Shown here piece by piece: positions 26,159 to 36,356 of a DNA stretch of 64,000 bases. Both the position numbers and the translations under genes were made by a program. Source of the stretch: Verrucomicrobiota bacterium (lineage in GTDB: Bacteria > Verrucomicrobiota > Kiritimatiellia > CAIQIC01); NCBI GenBank assembly GCA_004321905.1, contig SCQF01000046.1:25614-89613 (forward strand). The letters are read 5' to 3'. Each line of letters opens with the position of its first letter. The stretch's first letter is position 1. The notes under the pieces were generated by a model. The model was given only the letters and a program-made list of their open reading frames with translations, did not search any database and was not told where the DNA came from.

Positions 26159-29086
26159 TTATGGCTGGCGCGTAAGTCTGAAGGACTGCGATGTTTGCGG
26201 CTGGAGTTCCACCGCGGCGGCACCTTCGATGTGCCAATTAGGCGGAGGCTGTAGGCGCGCTTTGAAGTCGCCATCCACACATAGCGTCAAAACGGCGTGA
26301 TCGCGATCTTGACGTTGCCACTGAATCTTTAGTGTACCGGTTGGCAACGGCGTGACGCCTTCGACACGTTCGAGGCTGTCGAGTTGCGGCGTGACAGTGA
26401 CGCGCTGTCCACCGGGTTCATCCAACCGCACGCCCAAAACATAGCGGCTAAGAATATAGGCCGGCCCGGCTGACCAGGCGTGGCAATAGCTGCGCGTGGG
26501 ATAACGACCACCGCCCAAATTGCCGTTGGCGAACGATTCCCAGAACGTTGTGGTCTGCCCATCCAACATGCCGCCCCACAAATCGCGGATGGTGGCCAAC
26601 ATCGGCTCGATCCGGCCTGTTTCGCCCAGCAATTCGAGGAGATAGAGCGTGGCGAAGGGACTGCCAAATTGGACGACGTTGTTCGTTGCCTGCCCCAGCG
26701 CAATCGCCAAAACGCGTTGCTGACGTTCCGGCGGCACCACGCCGTGGAGCAACGCAAGCGTGTTGATCTGTCGTGAAACACTGGTGCTGCGCGAACCATC
26801 GTTGTGGATGCTATCCACATAGGCGCCGCGCGTTTCGTCCCAAAGATAGCGGTTGATGTTTGCGGTCAGTTGATCGGCGGCGGTGCGATAGCGCGTGGCG
26901 GTCGGCGCGTCCTGCGCGACCTCGGCCATGCGTGCGCCCAGCTGCAAGGTATCCACGAGGAAGGTGTTGTTGTGCGTCACGCAATGCTGGTTGTTGTCGA
27001 GGCCGATCCAGTCGAAAAACTGCCACGCGGAAATGCTGAATAAGCCGGTCCGGGGATCAAGGTATTTGGTCAGGCAGTTGTTGAGCATCTGGCGGACGGC
27101 GGGATAGTAGGCCCTGACCAGGGTTCCCCGGTCGCCGGTGTACCAATAATTTTCCCAGCACATCCGCGCCCAGAGGAAACTCCACGCAGGGATGATGCGG
27201 CCCCAGCGGGTCGGGATGCGCATATGCACCAAGTCGTCGTGTTCCAAGCTTTGCGCGCCGAGCAATCCGCAGCGCTGCACCAACCGCGCGTCGCCAAACA
27301 TCATGTAGCACACCAACGCCTCGTTGCGGGCGTCGCCGAGCCAGAACGATTGCTCGTAGAGCGGACAATCCACGAAGGTGTCTTCCATGCAACAGAGCAT
27401 GGTTTGACGGCAAGTCTTCCAAACATTGTTAAGCAGCGCGTCCGACGAGACAAACGCACCGCGATCGGCCACCGGATAGTGTGTGAAGTTGCCGGTCACA
27501 CGTCGAATTTTTACATCGGCGGGCCGCGCGCGAACGGTCAAGGCCAGATAACGCCCGCCAAAATGCCGCATCGTCATATAACTCTGCCCGCCCGCCCGCG
27601 TGACGTAACGGAAGCTGGAACGGTTGCGCCACGACCACTGGGGCGTGCCTCCGTGGAAGCGCTCGAAAATATTCGCATCCAGCACCACGCCAGCAGGCGC
27701 GTCGAGCTCAAAACCGAGGTGCGCGTTATATTCCTGCCCCAGATCAATCATCAGCTCAAGATCATCGGTGCCGGCGGGGATCGTTGTGACTTCCGCGTTG
27801 TCAAAGACCAACCCTTGCGGATTGATAACCGTCCCCGGCCCGAGCACGTTACGGAAGCAGGTCAAACCATGCACATCTGTTGGAATCAATTCGCGCGGTT
27901 CAAGATCACGGAATTTTTGACGGAACGGTTGGAGCGCCGCCAGCGTGGAAGCCGCGCGCATTTTGCGCCACGTTTGATCCTTCGCCTGGAACGGCCCCGC
28001 CACACTCCACGGCCCTGTGCCACACGGATTACGCAAAGTAACTGACGCCTCGGCGTCCAGAACGAACTGAAATTCTTCCGTCTCCGACAGGTCATCGAGC
28101 ACCACAATGAGCGGATTAGCGCCTTGCTGCAGATGCACCGTGGCACGCTCCTGCTGCAAGAGGTCGCGCTCCACATCCACCGTCTGGCCGTTCAACCGAT
28201 ACGTGCCAAATTCAAACGCCGAACTCGGCCGCCCGATGAACGCATCCTGTTCTTTCTCGCTGACCAGTTCCGTGACGAGCACAAACCGATAGAAGTTGCG
28301 GTTGTCGGCCTTGCGCGCGATGCCCTGACAGCGGCCCAGATTGACGGTGGAAACGATTCGCGGCGCGCGCACCCGCTGTACCGATAGCACCGCGGCTGGA
28401 CGAATGCTTTCTTTTTCCAGTTGAGGAATTCCGCTCGGTTGTAAATCCTTCCATGGGCCAGCGAGTGCCGGTGCGATCTCCGCGGCGGCCAGCCAACCCG
28501 TCACGGTGCCATTCGGTTGCAACCAATCCACGCACGCTTGGCGGGCGTCATATTGTTCTTCAAACCCCACATGTGCGCTGACGACGGGACTACGCGGGTT
28601 GTGCGCGGGATCATCGCAGACTTGCCACGCACGATCTGTGACCAAAACATGTTGCCCCGCGGCATCTATCCAGTCCAACTGCGCCAAAAGTCCGGGCCGC
28701 ACCGCAATACTTTCCGCCGTGTCCCGCCCCCAATGATGCACACGCACACCGATCACGTTCACGCCGGGCTGCAAGAAACGCGCGATGTCTAACACGTCGT
28801 AGCGGTAATGCTCCGGGAAAGCACGCACGGGGCCATCGCCAACAAATTCACCGTTGATGAACACCTGATAACGCGTATCAGCCGTGATGGCCAACTGCGC
28901 CGACTGCACCGCGCCGTGGATGTCCCATTGCCGCCGGGCGAGCATCCAGCAGTTATAATCATCTTTGCTATCGGGCCGAAAAATCCATTGCGCCTGCCAA
29001 GCCGCTGGTTTTATGGGTTCGGCTGGTATCGCCGCCGGGGTGCCAAAATAAAGCAGGACCAGCAAAGGCCAGAGATTTTGTTTCAT
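26159..29086 (-). CDS. Secreted large glycoside hydrolase, alpha-L-rhamnosidase-like (GH78-type)
   Basis: About 975 aa after the signal peptide MKQNLWPLLVLLYFGTPAA. VDCPLYEQSFWLGDARNE resembles the GH78 DCPxRER-W-GD motif. Start set at the internal Met (29084-29086); the upstream ORF extension only reads through a palindromic element. Confidence 0.6.
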   Translation of the reverse strand: MKQNLWPLLVLLYFGTPAAIPAEPIKPAAWQAQWIFRPDSKDDYNCWMLARRQWDIHGAVQSAQLAITADTRYQVFINGEFVGDGPVRAFPEHYRYDVLDIARFLQPGVNVIGVRVHHWGRDTAESIAVRPGLLAQLDWIDAAGQHVLVTDRAWQVCDDPAHNPRSPVVSAHVGFEEQYDARQACVDWLQPNGTVTGWLAAAEIAPALAGPWKDLQPSGIPQLEKESIRPAAVLSVQRVRAPRIVSTVNLGRCQGIARKADNRNFYRFVLVTELVSEKEQDAFIGRPSSAFEFGTYRLNGQTVDVERDLLQQERATVHLQQGANPLIVVLDDLSETEEFQFVLDAEASVTLRNPCGTGPWSVAGPFQAKDQTWRKMRAASTLAALQPFRQKFRDLEPRELIPTDVHGLTCFRNVLGPGTVINPQGLVFDNAEVTTIPAGTDDLELMIDLGQEYNAHLGFELDAPAGVVLDANIFERFHGGTPQWSWRNRSSFRYVTRAGGQSYMTMRHFGGRYLALTVRARPADVKIRRVTGNFTHYPVADRGAFVSSDALLNNVWKTCRQTMLCCMEDTFVDCPLYEQSFWLGDARNEALVCYMMFGDARLVQRCGLLGAQSLEHDDLVHMRIPTRWGRIIPAWSFLWARMCWENYWYTGDRGTLVRAYYPAVRQMLNNCLTKYLDPRTGLFSISAWQFFDWIGLDNNQHCVTHNNTFLVDTLQLGARMAEVAQDAPTATRYRTAADQLTANINRYLWDETRGAYVDSIHNDGSRSTSVSRQINTLALLHGVVPPERQQRVLAIALGQATNNVVQFGSPFATLYLLELLGETGRIEPMLATIRDLWGGMLDGQTTTFWESFANGNLGGGRYPTRSYCHAWSAGPAYILSRYVLGVRLDEPGGQRVTVTPQLDSLERVEGVTPLPTGTLKIQWQRQDRDHAVLTLCVDGDFKARLQPPPNWHIEGAAAVELQPQTSQSFRLTRQP

Positions 29087-29142
29087 ACCGTGGGCTCCAG
29101 AAATGTACATTGCGGGAAAGCGTATAACAAAAACCGAACGGA

Positions 29143-29189
29143 CTTTCCAAGGTTTGGAAAACCGAAAGCACACTTTTTCCAAGCCTTGC
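29143..29189. repeat. Paired palindromic dispersed element (second unit truncated)
   Basis: ctttccaaggtttggaaaa-N13-tttttccaagccttg. Confidence 0.85.
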
Positions 29190-29240
29190 CCCCCCCACCC
29201 GCTCACGCTGCCGATAACATTCGACGTACGAGTCGCCGGC

Positions 29241-30227
29241 CTATTTCTCTTCCGGCTTCTCGAAATAAACGGTGAAGTGCACGTTGTCGAAGGTCACTTT
29301 GTAGCGGCTAAGCAGGCCGCGACCAATACGCACCGTTTTATCCGGTTCCAAGCCGCGCTCGCGCAGCGTGTAGGCGCGCACTTGCCGAAACACAAGATCG
29401 CCAAGGCTCACCTGCTTGACCGGACCGAGCGTCATCTTGGGCAGCGCGATTTCAAAATCGCCACCGGTATCGAGGATGATCGTCTCCTTTTTGCCATCCA
29501 CCATGCCATTGACGGTATAGACGCCCTCGCTCTCCGCCAGCGGCACCGCCGCGACGAGTTGATCCTCTTTGGGGTGGTAGGTCAGCGTGGAGGCCAGCGT
29601 GATCAGCCGATTATGGAAGTCAAACTGCGCGGTGGCAAAAGCGCGGAGTACATTGCAGCCGAGCACACCTTCCAAGGCGGGCTGTTCCACATTGCGCGCC
29701 AACGTACCCAGCGGACCGGAGGCGGTGCGGACATAGGCGATCGTATTTTCCATGCGCAACGTGTCGAAGCTGAGCGAACTCAATAGGCAGCCGTACCCGA
29801 GAATATCGTCCCGCACGTGCCGGGGTGTGATGCCATACGCGCGATCCGAACCGACGGTTTTGGCCTGCAAGGCCGCGGTGGACTCAAACCGCAACCAGCT
29901 TTCCTTGGCACTGGTATCCAGTAAAAAGGGCAACGCATCCTCGGACTTCAAGCCGGCGGCGATCACCGGCGCGCTATCACCCCGTTTGGACATGAACGGC
30001 AAGACGGCCTGCTGACCGGCATGCAAGCGATTGGCGCCCACAAACACAGGGCCATCATCAGAACTATACATGGTGATGGCATAACGTCGCGGATCTTCCG
30101 GCTTGCCAAAGAAGGCGCGCAACTTGTCTTCCGGCAACGGACGGATCGCGTCCGGCTGCGGCGAACGGCAGCCGACCAAACCCGCGACCAACAACAACGC
30201 TCCACATATGATTTTTTTCATAGTCAC
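29241..30227 (-). CDS. Lipoprotein with two retropepsin-like aspartyl protease modules
   Basis: Lipobox (LVAGLVGC); two D-T/S-G motifs (LLDTSAKES and IILDTGGDFEIA), as in clan AA aspartic peptidases. Confidence 0.5.
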   Translation of the reverse strand: MTMKKIICGALLLVAGLVGCRSPQPDAIRPLPEDKLRAFFGKPEDPRRYAITMYSSDDGPVFVGANRLHAGQQAVLPFMSKRGDSAPVIAAGLKSEDALPFLLDTSAKESWLRFESTAALQAKTVGSDRAYGITPRHVRDDILGYGCLLSSLSFDTLRMENTIAYVRTASGPLGTLARNVEQPALEGVLGCNVLRAFATAQFDFHNRLITLASTLTYHPKEDQLVAAVPLAESEGVYTVNGMVDGKKETIILDTGGDFEIALPKMTLGPVKQVSLGDLVFRQVRAYTLRERGLEPDKTVRIGRGLLSRYKVTFDNVHFTVYFEKPEEK

Positions 30228-30243
30228 TCCTCAAACTTTTGCT

Positions 30244-31239
30244 TCAACCCCGCTCGGGGCGCAGTTCGCGCATAAGCAGCGCCTGCACCGCCTGTCGCGG
30301 ATCTTTGCCCTCGTTGATCACCGCACAGACTTCCTCCGTGATCGGCGCCCGCAAAGCGTGCTGCACAGCCACCGTACGCGCCGTCGTGCAGGTCCAAACA
30401 CCTTCGGCCACCTGCGCCATGCTATCCAAAATCTGCTGGATGGATTCACCGCGCCCCAGCCGCTCGCCGACCATGCGGTTGCGGCTATGCCGGCTGGTGC
30501 AGGTCACGACCAAATCGCCCATCCCGCTCAAACCCGCAAACGTATCCGGCTGCGCGCCCAACGCCACCCCCAACCGCGTAATCTCCGCCAATCCGCGCGT
30601 CATCAGCGCCGCCTTCGTGTTGTCGCCATAACCAATACCATCACATACGCCCGCGGCGATGGCGATCACGTTCTTCAGCGCACCACCGAGTTCGACACCC
30701 GCTACATCCGACGAGGTATAGACCCGAAACGTTGCATGACTGAAAACTTTTTGCAGCGCCACCGCCTTGGCGTGATCGGCACAGGCGATCGTCACCGCCG
30801 TGGGAACACCGCGCGCTACTTCCTCGGCATGGCTCGGCCCGGAGAGCGCGGCAATCGGCGCATGGCCCAGCAATTCCTCGGCCACTTGCGTCATACGGCG
30901 TCCGGTTTCGCGGTCCAACCCCTTCGTCACGCTGACCACCAGCGCCTGCGGTAGAATTAGGGACGCAAATGACCGCAGCACGTCGCGGAAAAATTTTGAG
31001 GGCACCGCGAGCACGACCACCTCGGCGTCGCGCAACGCCTCGGCGCGATCCGCAATCCATGCAATTTCCTTGGGCAACTTCACGCCCGGCAGAAATTTCG
31101 TGTTCTCGCCGATGCGCCGGATTTCGTCCAAATAGTCCGGGAACGGTCCCCAGACGCGCACCGCGTGCCCCGCCTGCGCCAAGCCCACCGCCAGCGCCGT
31201 ACCCCAACCGCCATCGCCAATGACCGAAATTTTTTTCAT
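30244..31239 (-). CDS. gpsA: NAD(P)H-dependent glycerol-3-phosphate dehydrogenase
   Basis: MKKISVIGDGGWGTALAVGLAQAGH... Rossmann fold. Start set at MKKISVIG. Confidence 0.9.
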   Translation of the reverse strand: MKKISVIGDGGWGTALAVGLAQAGHAVRVWGPFPDYLDEIRRIGENTKFLPGVKLPKEIAWIADRAEALRDAEVVVLAVPSKFFRDVLRSFASLILPQALVVSVTKGLDRETGRRMTQVAEELLGHAPIAALSGPSHAEEVARGVPTAVTIACADHAKAVALQKVFSHATFRVYTSSDVAGVELGGALKNVIAIAAGVCDGIGYGDNTKAALMTRGLAEITRLGVALGAQPDTFAGLSGMGDLVVTCTSRHSRNRMVGERLGRGESIQQILDSMAQVAEGVWTCTTARTVAVQHALRAPITEEVCAVINEGKDPRQAVQALLMRELRPERG

Positions 31240-31242
31240 ATG

Positions 31243-31290
31243 AAGAATACAGAATTCAGGAAACAGGAGACAGAATAGCGGCGGAATAGG
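31243..31290 (+). repeat. Heptamer array (aataCAGaattCAGgaaaCAGgagaCAG) plus GAATAGCGG-type repeats at the 3' flank of the four-helix-bundle gene
   Basis: 7-nt periodicity with an invariant CAG; followed by aatagcggcggaatagg, which resembles the reverse complement of the CTATCCG repeats in addB. Confidence 0.75.
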
Positions 31291-31618
31291 CGTTGAGCAA
31301 CCGCCCAACTTCATCAAGTTGACCGACCAAACCGCCAGGATCACCATAATGCAAATCGTGCGCCAGAATTAGATAGTACCGGGATTCCTCCAAGGAGCCT
31401 TGGGCGATATTGAAAAACCGCTTTTTGTCAGCAGGGCCTTTTTTCTTAAACCCTTCGGCGATATTGGCCGGCACCGAAACGGCGGCGCGGCGGAGTTGTG
31501 AAGTCAGCCCATACAATTCAGCGCGCGGAAAATTTGCGGAAAAACTATAGATTCCCAAAACCCATTGATGCGCCTTTTGCCAGACGATCAAATCTTGAAA
31601 GGTTTTGGCCGCGGGCAT
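31256..31618 (-). CDS. Four-helix-bundle protein (23S rRNA intervening-sequence protein family, TIGR02436-like)
   Basis: MPAAKTFQDLIVWQKAHQWVLGIYSFSANFPRAELYGLTSQLRRAAVSVPANIAEGFKKKG...EESRYYLILAHDL is the canonical family signature. Wedged between plsY and gpsA and flanked by inverted heptamer arrays. Confidence 0.8.
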   Translation of the reverse strand: MPAAKTFQDLIVWQKAHQWVLGIYSFSANFPRAELYGLTSQLRRAAVSVPANIAEGFKKKGPADKKRFFNIAQGSLEESRYYLILAHDLHYGDPGGLVGQLDEVGRLLNAYSAAILSPVS

Positions 31619-31620
31619 AC

Positions 31621-32316
31621 TCACCGTTCTCCTCCCGTGTTCTGTATGCTGCCTCCTGTCTGCTGTGTTCTGTTTGCTGCTTCCTTTTTCCCAAACTGAA
31701 ATCTACTTTCTGTCCCCGTCATCAACCGCTGGATATTCGCCTTATGCCGAAAAACCACCAGCAAGCCTAGCAGCGTCAGCACAATCGGCGTGAGCAACTC
31801 TTGTCCACGATATAACCACCACCCCGCCGCTGGCACCACCAGCGCCGCACCCATCGAAGCGAACGAAACGTAACGTGAAGTCAGAAACAAAACCAGCCAG
31901 CCCAACACGCCGACGCCCACCGCCGCCGGTGCGACGCCGATCAACACGCCCGCGCTGGTCGCCACGCCCTTGCCGCCTTTGAATTTGAGATAGACCGGAA
32001 AATTGTGTCCCAAAATCGCGGCGACGCCACAGAGCAGTCCGAAGGAATTTTCCAAGCCTTGGAAAACCGGGATATCCGCTTTTCCCAGCATTGGAAAAAC
32101 CAACACTGGCACGAGGCCTTTCATCGCATCCAACGTGAAGGTGAGGATGCCCCACCCTTTGCCGACGCTACGGAAAACGTTGGTCGCACCGATATTCTTG
32201 CTGCCAACGGTACGGATATCCACGCCCTTGAGTCGTCCGATGAGCAGACCGAACGGAATCGCGCCCACCAGATAAGCGCCCGCCAGCCAGCCAATGAAAT
32301 TGAGCCATGCGTTCAT
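31621..32316 (-). CDS. plsY: Glycerol-3-phosphate acyltransferase PlsY (in-frame palindromic-element insertion)
   Basis: YLVGAIPFGLLIG...ILGHNFPVYLKFKGGKGVATSAGV are PlsY motifs. The loop FPMLGKADIPVFQGLENSFG is encoded by the element at 32048-32099. The C-terminal tail is read through the heptamer array. Confidence 0.85.
   Translation of the reverse strand: MNAWLNFIGWLAGAYLVGAIPFGLLIGRLKGVDIRTVGSKNIGATNVFRSVGKGWGILTFTLDAMKGLVPVLVFPMLGKADIPVFQGLENSFGLLCGVAAILGHNFPVYLKFKGGKGVATSAGVLIGVAPAAVGVGVLGWLVLFLTSRYVSFASMGAALVVPAAGWWLYRGQELLTPIVLTLLGLLVVFRHKANIQRLMTGTESRFQFGKKEAANRTQQTGGSIQNTGGER
31625..31690 (-). repeat. Heptamer array, inverted relative to 31243-31290, at the 5' flank of the four-helix-bundle gene
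   Basis: Plus strand reads CTGTATGCTGCCTCCTGTCTGCTGTGTTCTGTTTGCTGCTTC. The reverse complement is (NNNNCAG)x5 including acaggaggcagcatacagaa, close to acaggagacagaata at 31263-31277. Confidence 0.75.
32048..32099. repeat. Paired palindromic dispersed element, in-frame inside plsY
   Basis: ttttccaagccttggaaaa-N13-ttttcccagcattggaaaaa. Confidence 0.9.
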
Positions 32317-32404
32317 CGGCGCGATTGGATAGCACAACGACGCGCGTCCGGCGAGTTCCTTTTGACCCGCTTATTTTGGATAAGAAATTGTTTTAGCACA
32401 TCCG

Positions 32405-32525
32405 TTGCTGACGTGTTGTTTTTCGCCCATACTATGTCCCTGAAAAAGCACGGAGTCATTTTCGCAAGCCGTCCGGCCAAGCCAAACTTTGTTGTGTGAC
32501 AAATTTTAATGTGGGAAAGCGGACT
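32405..32525 (+). repeat. Upstream copy of a ~100-120-nt imperfect direct repeat (promoter/leader-like), 5' of the GH5-like gene
   Basis: tgacgtgttgtttttcgcccatactatgtccctgaaaaagcacggagtcattttcgcaagccgtccggccaagccaaac...gtgggaaagcggac aligns at about 75% identity with 33961-34083. Confidence 0.7.
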
Positions 32526-32700
32526 TTAGGTGGGGTTTGGTGCAACAGGACAAGACCGATACGTGGGATTCTTCTGTGGAAGAGTTAATAGCAGACTTGA
32601 CGCAATGCGGGTAGTCAAGGAGAGTGTGCAGATGAAAACCGATTCAGGAAAAAGCGAAACAGCATGTCCTTCGAATCCCGGCGATGCAGGCAGCTTCCGT

Positions 32701-33756
32701 ATGAGCCGCCGGCAGGCGATGACCTTGGGAGCATCCGTGGCCGGGATTGCGCTGCTGCCTTCGTTGGTCAAGTCGAAACCGGTCGGCGGACAGGACCAAC
32801 AAACGTCGCGCGTAACAGAATATAAGGATCTACGCGGGTTCAACTACCAACCGAGTTGGGGTGCCACGGGCGAAGGAATCTGGCTGCACTTCGACGAGGC
32901 GAAATGCGGGCAGGAACTCGACCAAATCCGGCGGTATTTCCCGAAATGCACTGTATTGAGGATTTGGCTTTCCTATCACGCTTGGGGGATTGACCGGCTC
33001 AAATTCCTCGCAGCGGCGGGCAAAATGGCGGCATTGATAAAGGAGCGTAAACTTCAGATGATGCCAGTTTATTTCAACGGCTGGGGTGCAGAGGGAATGC
33101 ATCCTTTCGGGAGTTTTGCGCAGCACTGGATTGGCAGTCAGAAACCATGGACGATTTATAAACAATACCTAACCGAAACGGTTCAGGAAATATCAGAAAA
33201 AGGAGATTTGCTGGCACACGACATTTCAAATGAGCCGTATAACGGCTATTACTGGGATGAAAAAATAAGAGGTGACATCACAGAGTTCCTGAAGGCAATG
33301 GCATCTGAAATCCGGTCCATCACTCCAGATACACCAATCGGCGTTGGTTCGCAGGGGACGTGGCTGGCCGATCTCGACATGCTCAACCCCTTCGTCGATA
33401 TTTTCTACATACATCCATATGTTTACGGCCGTTACAGCCAGCCCGATAAATTGGAGAAAAAACTTTCCGAATTCGACGGAATGATGGCCAAGCTCAGGCA
33501 GTTAAATAAGCCGGTCATTTCCAACGAGTGCTGCTGGGGCAGCAACAACGACGCCGGGCGCGCCGAAACCATCAAGCAAGAGCTGACGCTGCTGAAACAG
33601 CATGGCATCGGTTTCCTGCCCCACGCGGCTCACCATTCCTGGGTAGCGGATCTTCACCGGCCCCGTCCGGATTATAAAACATGGAGCATGTATATGGGGT
33701 TCATTGATCCGAATGGTTCCATCCGTTCGGGGCATGAAATCTATAACGAGTTTTGA
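32701..33756 (+). CDS. Tat-secreted glycoside hydrolase, clan GH-A (GH5-like); low-GC gene
   Basis: Twin-arginine signal (MSRRQAMTLGASVAGIALLP), NEP acid/base motif (DISNEPYNG), candidate nucleophile in PVISNECCWG. Local GC is about 50% against about 62% in the flanks. Confidence 0.62.
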   Translation: MSRRQAMTLGASVAGIALLPSLVKSKPVGGQDQQTSRVTEYKDLRGFNYQPSWGATGEGIWLHFDEAKCGQELDQIRRYFPKCTVLRIWLSYHAWGIDRLKFLAAAGKMAALIKERKLQMMPVYFNGWGAEGMHPFGSFAQHWIGSQKPWTIYKQYLTETVQEISEKGDLLAHDISNEPYNGYYWDEKIRGDITEFLKAMASEIRSITPDTPIGVGSQGTWLADLDMLNPFVDIFYIHPYVYGRYSQPDKLEKKLSEFDGMMAKLRQLNKPVISNECCWGSNNDAGRAETIKQELTLLKQHGIGFLPHAAHHSWVADLHRPRPDYKTWSMYMGFIDPNGSIRSGHEIYNEF

Positions 33757-33799
33757 GCTTATCAATGGAGAAATGAAGGACGAGAGCGTTTCCCTAAAT

Positions 33800-33900
33800 G
33801 ATGTGGCCGGCTGAAGCCCCGGCGTAGGATGCGGACTCCGTCCGCATCAGGAAAAGCGACCGGAGGTCGCTTCTACGTGGCGCGTGGCCAACATCACGTT
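33800..33900 (+). other. Structured GC-rich element downstream of the GH5-like gene (two tandem hairpins inside an outer stem)
   Basis: cgtaggatgcggactccgtccgcatcaggaaaagcgaccggaggtcgcttctacg: hairpins GATGCGGAC-TCC-GTCCGCATC and AGCGACC-GGA-GGTCGCT enclosed by CGTAG/CTACG. Confidence 0.45.
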
Positions 33901-33960
33901 TGTTTCGCAGCAGCTGCGCTACATGATTACCAGAAACGATCGAGGCTGACAGCAGCAGGA

Positions 33961-34083
33961 TTTAACCGTTGACGCACTGTTTTCCGACCGCGCTATGCTC
34001 CTAAAAAATCATGGAGCCATTTTTGCGAACCACTCGGCCAAGTCAGCCCCTCTTCCAGAACGAATTTTCAGGCGGGAGAGCGG
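33961..34083 (+). repeat. Downstream copy of the ~100-120-nt imperfect direct repeat, within the purA 5' region
   Basis: tgacgcactgttttccgaccgcgctatgctcctaaaaaatcatggagccatttttgcgaaccactcggccaagtcagcc...ggcgggagagcggac. Confidence 0.7.
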
Positions 34084-34229
34084 ACGTGGCGTGAGAATTG
34101 GCGCATAAGAACAAGCTTGGTGTGCGATGACCGCCTACGGCGGATCTTCCGCGCCGGGCGAATTCCTTTTGACGCGGTTTTTGGGTTGACCGACGCGAAG
34201 GCTTTGCATAACGTCGCCCGGCATTTGGC

Positions 34230-35566
<1,337 letters not shown>

Positions 35567-35576
35567 AGTTGACCGG

Positions 35577-35627
35577 TTTTCCAAGGCTTGGAAAATGGAA
35601 AGTGATGTTTTTCCAGACCTTGGAAAA
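35577..35627. repeat. Paired palindromic dispersed element (purA-uppS intergenic)
   Basis: gttttccaaggcttggaaaa-N13-tttttccagaccttggaaaag. Confidence 0.9.
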
Positions 35628-35639
35628 GTTGCCGAAAAC

Positions 35640-36356
35640 ATGAGCGACGAAAAACAAAATATGCCGCACCATGTGGCGATCATCATGGACGGCAATGGCC
35701 GCTGGGCCAAAGCGCGTGGCTGGCCGCGCCTGAAGGGCCATCAGGAAGGTGCCAACTCGCTCCGTGCCATTCTCCGCGCCTGTCGCGACCACGGGATCAA
35801 GTATCTCACGGTATATGCGTTCAGCTCTGAAAACTGGGTACGCCCAAAAAGCGAAGTTAGTGGACTGATGAACCTGCTGAAGACGTTTCTCCGTAAGCAG
35901 GAGCATGAATTGCACGAAAACAAAGTGCGCCTGCGCATGATCGGGCGGATGGCAGACCTGCCTGCCGCCGTGCAACAGGAACTGGAGCGCGTCATGGCTG
36001 CCACCGCGCACTATACCGAGCATCACCTCATTCTCGCGTTGAGTTACGGTTCACGCACGGAAATCACCGAGGCCTGTCGCGCCATCGCGCGCGAAGTGAA
36101 AGCCGGCCAACTCGATCCGGAAAAAATCACAGAGCAGACAGTGGCGCAGCAGCTCTATCTGCCGGATGTGCCCGATCCCGATCTGCTGATTCGGACGAGT
36201 GGCGAAATGCGCATCAGCAATTTCCTGCTCTGGCAAATTTCCTATAGCGAACTCTATGTGACGCCGGTCTTCTGGCCCGACTTCCGCGAGCAAGAGTTCG
36301 CCGCCGCGCTCGCCGACTACGCCAAACGTCATCGCCGTTTTGGAGACATCAAGTGA
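35640..36356 (+). CDS. uppS: Isoprenyl transferase / undecaprenyl-diphosphate synthase
   Basis: HVAIIMDGNGRWAKARG...YAFSSENW motif of cis-prenyltransferases. Start set at MSDEKQNM, downstream of the palindromic element. Confidence 0.9.
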   Translation: MSDEKQNMPHHVAIIMDGNGRWAKARGWPRLKGHQEGANSLRAILRACRDHGIKYLTVYAFSSENWVRPKSEVSGLMNLLKTFLRKQEHELHENKVRLRMIGRMADLPAAVQQELERVMAATAHYTEHHLILALSYGSRTEITEACRAIAREVKAGQLDPEKITEQTVAQQLYLPDVPDPDLLIRTSGEMRISNFLLWQISYSELYVTPVFWPDFREQEFAAALADYAKRHRRFGDIK

